A stretch of 61,271 bases of DNA, taken from positions 1 through 61,271 of the IMG/VR virus record IMGVR_UViG_3300032083_000576; one strand, given 5' to 3'. This document shows positions 28,829 through 37,944 of the stretch, piece by piece (position 1 is the stretch's first letter; every line of letters starts with the position of its first letter). Source of the stretch: a virus. Its lineage: Duplodnaviria; Caudoviricetes. The notes beneath the pieces are model-generated. The model did no database searches and was not told the origin of the DNA. It saw nothing but the letters and a program-made list of their open reading frames with translations. A program made the translations under genes and the position numbers.

Positions 28829-29868
28829 AAGTAATTCGAGCAAGAAACGTAAACGACGCTCTACTATTGGGATTAGATTTATTCCAAGACCCTCGTAACT
28901 TTCGTGAACAAGAAAGCAGGAACGGAACAACTTACGAGGCATTAGAACCTGTAACAACAGTATATGAAAAACCATGGGAAAGAGTATTGCTTCTTAAGAT
29001 ACGAGACGCTAATCCATTTTTTCATTTTATAGAGGGCTTATGGATGTTGGCAGGTCGTAAAGATTTAGCGCCATTAACTCGATATGTTAAATCTATGGAG
29101 AACTTTTCTGACGACGGAGAAACTCTATGGGGAGCCTACGGTTGGCGATGGAGAGATTATTTTCATAAAGACCAAATTACTATGGTTATTGATATGTTAC
29201 GTAAAAACCAAGACGAAAGACGATGCGTATTACAGATGTGGGATGCTAATAAAGACCTTGCACGAGCTAGTAAAGACGTGCCATGTAATACGAATATCTA
29301 TTTTAAGATACGGGATAAAAAACTACATATGACTGTTTGTAATCGTTCTAACGATATGCTTTGGGGAGCTTACGGTGCTAACGCAGTTCATATGTCTATG
29401 TTACAAGAATATATCGCAGGACATCTTGAAGTCGAAATAGGAACATATAGACAAATTAGTGATAGTTTTCACGTATACCATAACGAAGTATGGGAAAGGG
29501 TAAAAGGTTTAGAAATAGACCCATGGACTTATTCTAATTTAAAGAACCCTTACGATACGCTAGAAGGGATCGTATATACCAACTTTATAACTAACCCTAA
29601 AACTTTTGATCGGGAGTTAGATCGATTCTTTAATATGCCTCCTGAGGATATAGATTTATATCAAGACGGGTGGGAAAATGCTGCTTTTGTAGATATAGCA
29701 TTACCCATGGTAAGGACGTTTAACGCACATAAAAACAAAGATTACATACAAGCATATCGAGAAGTTATGAAAATTCTACCAAACGACTGGATGACAGCTT
29801 GTTTTGATTGGATTAAAAAGAGAGATTTATCTTGGACACTTAATAACGAAGGAGGAAACAATGGATAA
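28825..29868 (+). CDS. Thymidylate-synthase-fold enzyme, probable dUMP hydroxymethylase
   Basis: ESRNG, NPFFH, GAYG, RRCVLQMWD, DVPCN (catalytic Cys), RSNDMLWGAYGAN (Asn at the dUMP-specificity position), SFHVY; next to a 5hmdU-kinase-like gene. Confidence 0.85.
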   Translation: MKVIRARNVNDALLLGLDLFQDPRNFREQESRNGTTYEALEPVTTVYEKPWERVLLLKIRDANPFFHFIEGLWMLAGRKDLAPLTRYVKSMENFSDDGETLWGAYGWRWRDYFHKDQITMVIDMLRKNQDERRCVLQMWDANKDLARASKDVPCNTNIYFKIRDKKLHMTVCNRSNDMLWGAYGANAVHMSMLQEYIAGHLEVEIGTYRQISDSFHVYHNEVWERVKGLEIDPWTYSNLKNPYDTLEGIVYTNFITNPKTFDRELDRFFNMPPEDIDLYQDGWENAAFVDIALPMVRTFNAHKNKDYIQAYREVMKILPNDWMTACFDWIKKRDLSWTLNNEGGNNG

Positions 29869-30220
29869 TAAGTGGGAAAGTATGCGCGATATAGCGCAAT
29901 TAGACTTACAAGCGCTTAAAAAAGCTGAAGAGTCTTATGGGAATTCATGGAGACGACGCGGTGGCGTGGGTGCTTTTATGATGTTGGCACGTAAGTTCGA
30001 TAGGATCGAGCACCAAGCTGAAAAGCACGGGTGGGATATATTTGAGGCAGGCGAAGTCTATAAAGGCGAAGCTGGTCTACTCGATGATATACGAGATTTG
30101 CGTAGGTATCTGATACTTGTCGAGGAGTTTATTCTCGATAACTCAGGTGATATTAATAACGAAGACACGGAGGAAGAGTCATGGGATGGTTCAACTGGTT
30201 CAGAAGAACAAAACCAATAG
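29861..30220 (+). CDS. Nmad1/DUF1599-like MazG-fold nucleotide-modification-associated protein
   Basis: SYGNSW...ARKFDRI...DDIRDLRRY; GGAGG SD before ATG 29861. Confidence 0.7.
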   Translation: MDNKWESMRDIAQLDLQALKKAEESYGNSWRRRGGVGAFMMLARKFDRIEHQAEKHGWDIFEAGEVYKGEAGLLDDIRDLRRYLILVEEFILDNSGDINNEDTEEESWDGSTGSEEQNQ

Positions 30221-30510
30221 TAGCTGACTCAGAGGGTAAAAGCCCTTTTGAACAAGCTAAAGAAATCTTGTCACAAGATAATAAAAAAGAGGATATTATT
30301 TCTCAAAAGATGGAAGAAGCAACGGTAGAACTCGAAAAGTTCGAAGAAGCTGATATCGTTAAAGAAGTTCCTAAAAGGGCTCGGACTAATAAAGGAACTT
30401 ATAAGTCAGACGATAAATCTACACCTGATGTTAATGAAGCTTGGGAAGGTGGTAAATCACCAAAGCCTAAGAAAAAGACTGTAAAAGTCATTAGGAAGAA
30501 AAAGAAATAA
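30181..30510 (+). CDS. Hypothetical protein
   Basis: RARTNKGTYKSDDKSTPDVNEAW motif; basic tail. Confidence 0.7.
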   Translation: MGWFNWFRRTKPIVADSEGKSPFEQAKEILSQDNKKEDIISQKMEEATVELEKFEEADIVKEVPKRARTNKGTYKSDDKSTPDVNEAWEGGKSPKPKKKTVKVIRKKKK

Positions 30511-32369
30511 TGCAACAATCTCCAATATTCGCTCCTGAAAGTAACTGGTCTATACCAGAAATCTTTCCTAAATTTGCAGATAACGAACGTATAGCTATAG
30601 ATTTAGAAACATATGATCCACACTTATTAACTTCAGGTCCAGGATGGGCTTCGAATCGTGGTCATGTGGTAGGAGTGGGTGTTGCCACTAAAGATTGGAA
30701 AGGTTACTTTCCGATTCGTCATGAAGGCGGTGGCAACCTTGATGAGGCAGTTGTTTTGCGGTGGGTGAAAAATACTCTATCTTCTACGAAGAGAGAAGTA
30801 ATCTTCCATAACGCACTTTATGATGTTGGATGGTTGAGAAGAGAAGGAGTGGACGTAAAGGGTAAAATCCTTGATACTATGTTTGCTGCTCCAATCGTAG
30901 ATGAGAACCGATACTCTTACTCTCTTGATTCATTAGGACATCTATATTGTGGGGAAAAGAAGGACGAATCGTTGCTGCAAGATGCTGCCTTAGCATGGGG
31001 AATAAATCCTAAGTCCGAAATGTATAAACTTAATTCTAAATATGTCGGACCATATGGAGAACAAGATGCTGCTTTGACATTAAAGCTGTATGAAAAATTA
31101 AAAATAGAATTACAAGAACAAGGATTAGAAGCAATCTACGACTTAGAATGTAAATTAATCCCTTTATTGATCGAGATGCGTTGGAGAGGTGTCCGCGTAG
31201 ATGAACAAAGAGCAGAAGATATAAGTAAAGACTTATCGCTCAAAGAACAAAAACTATTAGTAGAAATTAAAAGAAAGTACGGTGAAGATGTAAACCTCTG
31301 GGCTAATGCTTCTTTACAAAAAGTATTCGATAAAAACAATCTACCTTATCCTAGAACAGAAAAAGGTATGGCTAGTTTCCAAAGGCAATGGCTTGAGGGT
31401 CACGAACACGAGCTACCTAAGATGATAGTACAAGCTAGGAAACTTAACAAAGCTAGGACTACATTTATTGAAAAGATGATATCAGAACACGCGGTTAACG
31501 GAAGAATACATGCAGAAGCACATCCGTTACGTAACGACTCAGGTGGTACGGTTAGCGGTCGTTTTAGTTACAGCAACCCTAATCTACAACAAGTGCCTGC
31601 CCGTGATCCAGAGATAGGTAATCTAATTCGTTCTTTATTTATTCCAGAAGAAGGTTGTCAGTGGGGTGTGTTCGATTACTCACAACAAGAACCTAGACTT
31701 ACCGTACATTACGCTAATAAGATGGGTTTGGTAGGGGCTAAAGATGCCGTAACCGCCTATAGGGATAAGAACGCGGACTTCCACCAGATAGTGGCGGATA
31801 TGGCTAAAATACCCCGTAAACAGGCTAAAAATATTAATCTAGGACTTAGTTATGGAATGGGTAAAGCTAAACTTGTAAAAGAACTAGGATTAAACGATTC
31901 AGAAGCAGAAGTTCTACTTGCTCAATACCATGAAAAAGTGCCGTTTATTAAAGGATTACAAGATCAATGTGCTCGGGTCGCTATGGATAGAGGATATATA
32001 AAAACACTTGCGGGAAGAAGGTGTCACTTCGACCTATGGGAACATAAGTACGATAAAAGCTTACCGTTGCCATTGGAAGAAGCTAGAGAAAAATACGGAG
32101 ACGTTTTAAAAAGGTCTTATACATATAAAGCCCTTAATAGACTGATTCAAGGTTCGGCAGCTGATATGACAAAATTAGCTATGCTCGGACTGTGGGAAGA
32201 AGGAATAGTTCCCCACGTACAAGTTCACGATGAGGTGGACATATCTATACATGATAATGAACAAGCAGCAACAGTTTCAAGAATAATGGAAAACTGTGTC
32301 GAACTTGCTGTTCCCCTTGTAGTAGATACTGAACTCGGTCCAAACTGGGGATCAACGGAGGAAATTTAA
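30510..32369 (+). CDS. polA: Family A DNA polymerase with 3'-5' exonuclease
   Basis: IDLET, HNALYD, GRFS..NPNLQQVP, DYSQQEPR, RKQAKNINLGLSYG, IQGSAAD, VHDE. Confidence 0.97.
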   Translation: MQQSPIFAPESNWSIPEIFPKFADNERIAIDLETYDPHLLTSGPGWASNRGHVVGVGVATKDWKGYFPIRHEGGGNLDEAVVLRWVKNTLSSTKREVIFHNALYDVGWLRREGVDVKGKILDTMFAAPIVDENRYSYSLDSLGHLYCGEKKDESLLQDAALAWGINPKSEMYKLNSKYVGPYGEQDAALTLKLYEKLKIELQEQGLEAIYDLECKLIPLLIEMRWRGVRVDEQRAEDISKDLSLKEQKLLVEIKRKYGEDVNLWANASLQKVFDKNNLPYPRTEKGMASFQRQWLEGHEHELPKMIVQARKLNKARTTFIEKMISEHAVNGRIHAEAHPLRNDSGGTVSGRFSYSNPNLQQVPARDPEIGNLIRSLFIPEEGCQWGVFDYSQQEPRLTVHYANKMGLVGAKDAVTAYRDKNADFHQIVADMAKIPRKQAKNINLGLSYGMGKAKLVKELGLNDSEAEVLLAQYHEKVPFIKGLQDQCARVAMDRGYIKTLAGRRCHFDLWEHKYDKSLPLPLEEAREKYGDVLKRSYTYKALNRLIQGSAADMTKLAMLGLWEEGIVPHVQVHDEVDISIHDNEQAATVSRIMENCVELAVPLVVDTELGPNWGSTEEI

Positions 32370-32713
32370 TGAGAGGAATCTCAAAACAAAAAGCTGACGA
32401 AAACTCAATACGATACAGGTCTATTTACGATAAATGGTTATCAGAAGAAGCACTTACTCTATCTGAATTAGGAGAAGAGTACGAGGTAACTAAACAACGT
32501 ATGTGGCAGATCATCACTAGATGCAAACTCGGTAACGGAGATTATTATTACGGAGTAAAACTTGCTAGAGATAAATGGTCTGAACTCTACTCTACTTATA
32601 GAGATAAAGAACAAACTCGATTAGCTTTTAATGAATGGTTGGAAAATAATAAAATTAAAGTGATAGGCAATAATAAAAAAGTTGCACCACATACAGGATG
32701 GGATATGTTCTAA
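32369..32713 (+). CDS. HTH protein, sigma-70 region 4-like
   Basis: LTLSELGEEYEVTKQRMWQI. Confidence 0.65.
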   Translation: MRGISKQKADENSIRYRSIYDKWLSEEALTLSELGEEYEVTKQRMWQIITRCKLGNGDYYYGVKLARDKWSELYSTYRDKEQTRLAFNEWLENNKIKVIGNNKKVAPHTGWDMF

Positions 32714-33354
32714 TGTTCGAAGAAGAAAGGTTATGTGAGTATTGTGGGGCAGAGTATGTGACAAAAACACAGACTCAGTTATTTTGTAGTAAAGAATGTA
32801 AGCAACAAAATCAATACGATAAAAATAAAAATCCCTACAGTATAACCAATCTTACAGAACATCGTTTCACAGAAGTCCCAAACAGCTACGGAGAATATTA
32901 CGTAGATCCTGAAATACTTCGTCAAGCAGAACTCTACTCAGATTGTGCTGTAGATGCTAATTTTGGATATACCAGTGAAATTCAAGAAGACTCAGATGAT
33001 TTACATATGATTTTGCGTAGTGAATATTCGTATCAAAAAGCTAGGTATGAAAAAAGACATAACGCTAAATACAGTGGTAGAAATTATTGGGAAGCAAAAC
33101 TTCTAAGAAACTATCATAGAAAGAAAGTAGGAGTTCCCGAACTACCGACTATTCGATACCATAGTTTCGAAAGGCAACTAAATGAACATCATGAACAAAA
33201 ACAAGGTAAAAAACTTAAAAAGTCTGCACCATCAGAAGCAGAACTACAAACTCCAGGATTTACTACGATCACTCCTATGAAAACAAAGAGCGGTAGATTA
33301 ACTTCAGAAATATTAGATAATGTCAAAAGAAAAAAATCTGTGGGCTCTACTTAG
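32713..33354 (+). CDS. Zn-finger hypothetical protein
   Basis: CEYCG...FCSKEC; TAATG coupling at 32713. Confidence 0.65.
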   Translation: MFEEERLCEYCGAEYVTKTQTQLFCSKECKQQNQYDKNKNPYSITNLTEHRFTEVPNSYGEYYVDPEILRQAELYSDCAVDANFGYTSEIQEDSDDLHMILRSEYSYQKARYEKRHNAKYSGRNYWEAKLLRNYHRKKVGVPELPTIRYHSFERQLNEHHEQKQGKKLKKSAPSEAELQTPGFTTITPMKTKSGRLTSEILDNVKRKKSVGST

Positions 33355-33709
33355 AGACAATATAAAAAAGGTACATTGGCAACGTATCGAAACAGGGATG
33401 ACAGGAGCAGGTGTACCTGATGTTAACGGCTGTGCTAAAGGCAAAGAGTTCTGGATTGAACTAAAAGAAATACATTCAGGTAACTCACTTACTCTACGTC
33501 CTATGCAAGTCGCTTGGCTTTCTAAACGTGCGATGTATGGTGGTCAAGTGTTCGTACTCGCTCGCAAAAACAATCAAATAAAACTCTTTCACGTCGATGG
33601 TATTGAACGAGCTCAAGAACTCGTAAAAGGTGGGTATAAATCTGACAGTCTTTTAATTCTTAATATTCCTTACGACTGGGATGCTCTTTATAGTGCTTTA
33701 CTCTCGTAA
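33320..33709 (+). CDS. PD-(D/E)xK nuclease, VRR-NUC / Holliday junction resolvase-like
   Basis: RIET...GVPDV...FWIELK...LRPMQVAW. Confidence 0.8.
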   Translation: MSKEKNLWALLRDNIKKVHWQRIETGMTGAGVPDVNGCAKGKEFWIELKEIHSGNSLTLRPMQVAWLSKRAMYGGQVFVLARKNNQIKLFHVDGIERAQELVKGGYKSDSLLILNIPYDWDALYSALLS

Positions 33710-33725
33710 GCGTTTAGGCTTTAAT
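33694..33725 (+). promoter_or_regulatory. Early promoter TGC-TTTACT-N17-TTTAAT
   Basis: Family motif; followed by hairpin CGTAGC/GCTACG and AGAAAGGAG. Confidence 0.65.
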
Positions 33726-33784
33726 ATAAGGCGTAGCGTAACAGCTACGATCATTAACGTGCAACAATTAGAAAGGAGAAATAT

Positions 33785-34819
33785 ATGGCACATGAAGTAG
33801 AAACAATGGCTTGGACAGGCGATAAGCCTTGGCACGGTTTGGGTGTCGAGGTTACAAATGACCTAACGCCATTGCAAATGCAGGAAGCGGCAAAGCTTAA
33901 CTGGACTGTTAGTAAACGTCCTAGTTATACGCTAGACGCGCCTGAATGGAGCGAAGATGTAGGGCTTATCCAATCGGAGAGTACCTTCCACATTGTTCGT
34001 GATTCTGATAACCGAATACTTAGCCATTGCGGTAGAGACTACGTCCCTATTCAAAATGAAGATGTATTTAAGTTCTTTAAACGCTTTACTGAGGCAGGTC
34101 ATATGACTATGGAAACTGCAGGTAGCTTAAAAGACGGCGGAGAAATTTGGGGTTTAGCCAAAATATCCGAAGACTTTGAGTTAGCGGGCGAAGACCTTAT
34201 TAAAGGTTATCTTCTTATAAACCAACCGCATATCGTAGGAAGGTCTATGACTATCAAGCTTACCCCCATTAGAGTAGTATGTAATAATACGCTTACAATG
34301 GCTTTACAGCATGGTGGAACAGCCTCTTTCCGTATGCCCCATGTTAAAGAGTTCGGCGACGACGTTATGAAAACTGCAGAAGAAGCCTTAGGTTTATCTG
34401 CTGAACGCATGACTGAGTTTAGAGAAGCAGCAACGCTGTTATCTAAGAAGAAAGCTAAACACTCTAACTTCCTAGATTTTGTAGGAGAGCTGTATCAACC
34501 AGATATGATTGCTGCCTACAGAAAAGAAGCCGAGTTAAAGGCTCAAGGTAAAAAGATTGGCGAACAAGCCCCTCTTATTGAGCAATTTAATAGTTACCCT
34601 AGATTAGTTGTTGATGCTCTTGAGCGTCAGCCAGGTGCAAACCTAGCCTCATCTAAAGGTACGTGGTGGGGTGCATTAAATGCAGTAACCTACGTTGAAG
34701 ACCATTTACGTGAGTCTCAGACCGAAGGTAATGCGTTACATAGTGCATGGTTCGGAGCAGGTGCTAATCGTAAAGCGAAAGCCCTAGACCTAGCTGTTAA
34801 ATACGCAAAGGTGGCTTAA
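33785..34819 (+). CDS. DUF932-family phage/plasmid protein
   Basis: MAHEVETMA...PWHGLG, YVPIQN, ETAGSL, TPIRVVCNNTL, GTWWGALNAVT. Confidence 0.9.
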   Translation: MAHEVETMAWTGDKPWHGLGVEVTNDLTPLQMQEAAKLNWTVSKRPSYTLDAPEWSEDVGLIQSESTFHIVRDSDNRILSHCGRDYVPIQNEDVFKFFKRFTEAGHMTMETAGSLKDGGEIWGLAKISEDFELAGEDLIKGYLLINQPHIVGRSMTIKLTPIRVVCNNTLTMALQHGGTASFRMPHVKEFGDDVMKTAEEALGLSAERMTEFREAATLLSKKKAKHSNFLDFVGELYQPDMIAAYRKEAELKAQGKKIGEQAPLIEQFNSYPRLVVDALERQPGANLASSKGTWWGALNAVTYVEDHLRESQTEGNALHSAWFGAGANRKAKALDLAVKYAKVA

Positions 34820-35058
34820 TGGCAGATAACCCTCAAAAGTACACGCTGGACGCGGATGTATTGGGTATGGTCTGGTCGGCATTATACGAGTCAGGACAAG
34901 ACGAACTGGCTCGTGTAATATCCGATACGATGATCGCTCAAGGTTGTCAGGAACTAGTAGGGGTGGATGATCCATCCCTAATCCTGATGTTTTGGAAAAA
35001 CTATATGGAAGAACGAAATATATTACACGTTGTTCCTACAGATAAGGAGTTAAATTAA
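34819..35058 (+). CDS. Hypothetical protein
   Basis: Coupled ORF. Confidence 0.65.
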   Translation: MADNPQKYTLDADVLGMVWSALYESGQDELARVISDTMIAQGCQELVGVDDPSLILMFWKNYMEERNILHVVPTDKELN

Positions 35059-35366
35059 TGGAAAATATTGAAATAGGATTACCTAACGACACTATTTTTG
35101 ATAAAGAAACGGGAGTAACTATAGATATAGGAATCCCTCTACCGCAAGATAGACGATCTAATGTCAAATACCCGTTCGGTAATATGGAAATAGGTGATTC
35201 GTTTTTCGTTACTGTAGTCTCAGGAGATAATGGTGATCGATTGAAAAACAGGTTATCTCAAGCTACTAGAACCTTTGGTAAACGTCAAAATCCTGAACGT
35301 AAATTTATATTACGTACACGATTAGAAAACGAAATATCAGGTGTTCGTGTATGGAGAACCCAGTAA
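35058..35366 (+). CDS. Small putative DNA-binding protein
   Basis: KYPFGNMEIGDSFFV...GVRVWR motif. Confidence 0.7.
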   Translation: MENIEIGLPNDTIFDKETGVTIDIGIPLPQDRRSNVKYPFGNMEIGDSFFVTVVSGDNGDRLKNRLSQATRTFGKRQNPERKFILRTRLENEISGVRVWRTQ

Positions 35367-35587
35367 TGACAAACTACCGAAAAAGTCTTGTTAGACAATT
35401 AAATAGTGAAATTATTGATTTACGAGAAGCTCTCGACTCTATGTTGATAGAATCAGTCGAATGTATTCGACTTGAAGATATGAGTATAGAACTGCGGGAT
35501 GCTATACAAGTTGGTAATTCGCTCTTACATGGTCCAAAAAGTGAATACATCACGCAGGATCCTGAGTTTGATAAGCGTTCGGTTTAG
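35366..35587 (+). CDS. Hypothetical protein
   Basis: TAATG coupling at 35366. Confidence 0.55.
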   Translation: MTNYRKSLVRQLNSEIIDLREALDSMLIESVECIRLEDMSIELRDAIQVGNSLLHGPKSEYITQDPEFDKRSV

Positions 35588-35619
35588 TGCTTTACTCTTA
35601 CGTTATTCTGAAGTAAAGT
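35588..35619 (+). promoter_or_regulatory. Early promoter TGC-TTTACT-N17-TAAAGT
   Basis: Family motif with CTTTACT-N15-AGTAAAG palindrome. Confidence 0.65.
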
Positions 35620-35697
35620 ACTTAATATGTTCTACTACAAGGTAGAAAAAAGTTGCATCGAAAGATGTGTGTGTAGAAAGAAGAAAGGAGAATAGAT

Positions 35698-36090
35698 ATG
35701 GCACAAGCACTATCAGCCGCCAGTGTGAAAACACCAGTGAAGAAAATCTCTGCTAAAGCTAAAAAAGCACCAGTGAAAGCTACTAAAAGCAAAATAGGAA
35801 CGTTAGTTCCTAAGCCTACAGTAACTGGAAAAGGTGCTTCTCGTAAACTATATAAGTATACGGGCAAATATCCTGAGAACGTAGATAAAACTACTCCTCA
35901 GATAGTTGGTTTAGTTGACACAGTTGAATCTGCAGAAAAAGAAGAGCTTGACTCTTCTAGTTTTACAGCTCAAGATTGTGTAGAACTAGCAGTGAAGAAA
36001 GGCTTTTTGTCAACTAGACAAGACCCTCTTAGAATTTTTAGATTCTATAGGAAACGTCTGATTGATGAAGGCTACTTCGTTGAGGTATAA
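35698..36090 (+). CDS. Basic protein: Lys/Ala-rich N-terminus plus putative winged-helix domain
   Basis: AGAAAGGAG SD; TRQDPLRIFRFYRKRL; flanked by its own promoter and terminator. Confidence 0.75.
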   Translation: MAQALSAASVKTPVKKISAKAKKAPVKATKSKIGTLVPKPTVTGKGASRKLYKYTGKYPENVDKTTPQIVGLVDTVESAEKEELDSSSFTAQDCVELAVKKGFLSTRQDPLRIFRFYRKRLIDEGYFVEV

Positions 36091-36098
36091 CAAATAAC

Positions 36099-36131
36099 TA
36101 AGTGCGTCAGTATATGGCGCACTTATTTTTT
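36099..36131 (+). terminator. Rho-independent terminator
   Basis: TAAGTGCG...CGCACTTA stem followed by T tract. Confidence 0.8.
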
Positions 36132-36144
36132 ACTAAGGGGAATT

Positions 36145-36309
36145 ATGAATATACAAGTAACAAAAGATGACGGCACAGTTATCAATCTTAGAGTCGAAAC
36201 AATCGCGCGTCATTTAACAAAACAATTAAATCTAAAAGATATACCTGACCCAGATTTATTTAATTTCATATATGATGAGATTGAGGAGTTAATAAATAAA
36301 AATGGATGA
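36145..36309 (+). CDS. 54-aa hypothetical protein; not in ORF track
   Basis: AAGGGG SD; MNIQVTKDDGTVINL... Confidence 0.55.
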   Translation: MNIQVTKDDGTVINLRVETIARHLTKQLNLKDIPDPDLFNFIYDEIEELINKNG

Positions 36310-36583
36310 AAAGAAAGTTATTACGAGCATCGGAGAAGTACCTGATAAAACGATAGACTTACAAGTCAGTTTTGTCTCACTTATAGCTATATGTACGTCA
36401 ATGCAGATGTATATAGATTTTATCGAAGATCTTGTAGAAAACGAAGAATTAGAAAAAGACGTTGCTAAGAAAATGTTAGAACACGTCGAAGGAACATTAG
36501 CCGACTTTAAACATAAAATGTTATTAGAAGGTAATGAAGGCATACGTGCCTTATTTGAAGAAGTAGAGGGGACAATACAATGA
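36302..36583 (+). CDS. Hypothetical protein
   Basis: GAGGAG SD; 93 aa. Confidence 0.65.
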   Translation: MDEKKVITSIGEVPDKTIDLQVSFVSLIAICTSMQMYIDFIEDLVENEELEKDVAKKMLEHVEGTLADFKHKMLLEGNEGIRALFEEVEGTIQ

Positions 36584-36677
36584 ATTATAAAAAAGCAGAA
36601 AAAGTATGGCGCACGAGTTGCCCAGAAGAAGCGAACGGTTTAGTAGAGCATCCTGCTCCTCGCCGCCGTCCTAAGGC

Positions 36678-36709
36678 TGCTTTACTCTGGGTTAAATCTA
36701 AAGTAAAGT
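36678..36709 (+). promoter_or_regulatory. Early promoter TGC-TTTACT-N17-TAAAGT
   Basis: Family motif with CTTTACT-N15-AGTAAAG palindrome. Confidence 0.65.
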
Positions 36710-36714
36710 AGTAC

Positions 36715-36900
36715 TACGTTATTAAACCTATAGGGAAACCTTAGTGACTACATAATAACCAGAGTGATTAGAGGATGAGCCTTTATAAAAACCAGACGTG
36801 TGAATGCGAGTTTCATTACAAGCAAGAGGACATTAAGTAGGTGAGGGAGGAATTAGGGATAGGCAGGAACCATACCCGAACTAATCACTTGCTATTATTT
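36715..36900 (+). ncRNA. Candidate structured leader or ncRNA
   Basis: ~200-nt gap with no convincing ORF; 9-bp long-range helix AGTGATTAG 36763-71 / CTAATCACT 36881-89. Confidence 0.35.
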
Positions 36901-36922
36901 ACTAATAAGAAAGGAGAAATAT

Positions 36923-37081
36923 ATGAAAAACTTGAAATGTGTTTTATGTAACTTGCCATTAGGAGATCCTCATGGCAACAATGCAGAGCCTGCAGCGACA
37001 GGTCGATGTTGTAATAAATGTAACGCGACAACAGTTATTCCTATGAGAATACTACAGTTACGAGGAGGTCAAAATGCCTAA
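36923..37081 (+). CDS. 52-aa zinc-finger protein; not in ORF track
   Basis: CVLC...GNNAEP...GRCCNKCN; AGAAAGGAG SD. Confidence 0.75.
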   Translation: MKNLKCVLCNLPLGDPHGNNAEPAATGRCCNKCNATTVIPMRILQLRGGQNA

Positions 37082-37526
37082 TTGGTGTCATAACAGAGTA
37101 GAGATTTTTGGCGACGAAGAAGAACTAGCTAAAATTAAAGCACACATCGAAACTAAAGAATCTTTATTCGATTTTAATAAAATTGTCCCGATGCCTTCAG
37201 CACTTAAATATACTGAACGTTCAGATGATGGAGATTACGAATTAGTAATGGGTAAATACGTTCTGAAAGATAAAGTTGCTCGAAAGCGTTTAATTGTTGA
37301 ACACGGTGCTGATAATTGGTACGATTGGTCAATTAATTGTTGGGGCACTAAATGGAACAGTGCCGATGTTACTGTAGAAGATGAAGGCGATGTATTACGT
37401 TATTATTTTGATACAGCGTGGTCGCCACCAGAACCTATTATTCATAAATTACGGGAACTCTACCCAGACGTAGGGATTACTGCATTTTATGACGAACCTG
37501 GAATGGAATTAGCAGGCTATATTTGA
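37074..37526 (+). CDS. DUF1281 / YubB ferredoxin-like protein
   Basis: MPNWC, WYDW...WGTKW, FDTAWSPP, FYDEPG. Confidence 0.85.
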   Translation: MPNWCHNRVEIFGDEEELAKIKAHIETKESLFDFNKIVPMPSALKYTERSDDGDYELVMGKYVLKDKVARKRLIVEHGADNWYDWSINCWGTKWNSADVTVEDEGDVLRYYFDTAWSPPEPIIHKLRELYPDVGITAFYDEPGMELAGYI

Positions 37527-37536
37527 TTTCCTATAA

Positions 37537-37639
37537 GACCTTTCAAATAACATTGTTCGTATAGCAGGAGCAATGGTTACCAAAGCTGAGAGTGCGGAAA
37601 GGTCGCCCCCTATCTTGGGTTTAGTTACGCGCTCTCAGC
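37537..37639 (+). ncRNA. Candidate pseudoknotted structured RNA
   Basis: 8-bp and 12-bp crossing helices plus a nested 8-bp hairpin (see findings). Confidence 0.5.
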
Positions 37640-37641
37640 AC

Positions 37642-37673
37642 TGCTTTTATTCGCTTTTTTGCACCTATATAAT
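37642..37673 (+). promoter_or_regulatory. Early promoter TGC-TTTTAT-N17-TATAAT
   Basis: Family motif, then AGAAAGGAGAAAGATATG. Confidence 0.65.
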
Positions 37674-37704
37674 ATATAGGTAATAACTTAGAAAGGAGAA
37701 AGAT

Positions 37705-37944
37705 ATGAGAAAGATACACGGAAAGATGGATGTTGCTAACAGAGACCGTTATAAAGAGATAGCTGACGAAGATAAAGCACACCGCGAAAAATACCCTTCA
37801 TTAATGACTAGTAAGCCTATGGTTTACGAAGATAATTCATATAAACAAGAAGTCAGTAAAAAATACACTGTCGCAGTCGCTTATAATAAAGGTGGCTATC
37901 AGGTGATCCCTAGTGACCAAGTTAAATATATAGGAAAGAAATAA
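37705..37944 (+). CDS. Hypothetical protein
   Basis: Strong SD; VAYNKGGYQVI motif. Confidence 0.75.
   Translation: MRKIHGKMDVANRDRYKEIADEDKAHREKYPSLMTSKPMVYEDNSYKQEVSKKYTVAVAYNKGGYQVIPSDQVKYIGKK

Noticed and set aside
28825-29868. dCMP hydroxymethylase or ordinary ThyA call
   Set aside because: Asn rather than Asp at the specificity position argues against dCMP; gene context and divergent motifs favour dUMP hydroxymethylase over ThyA, though this is unproven
37537-37639. HDV-like, twister or hammerhead ribozyme assignment
   Set aside because: Crossing topology recalls HDV but P3/L3 is missing, and hammerhead and twister core sequences are absent; kept only as an unknown structured RNA
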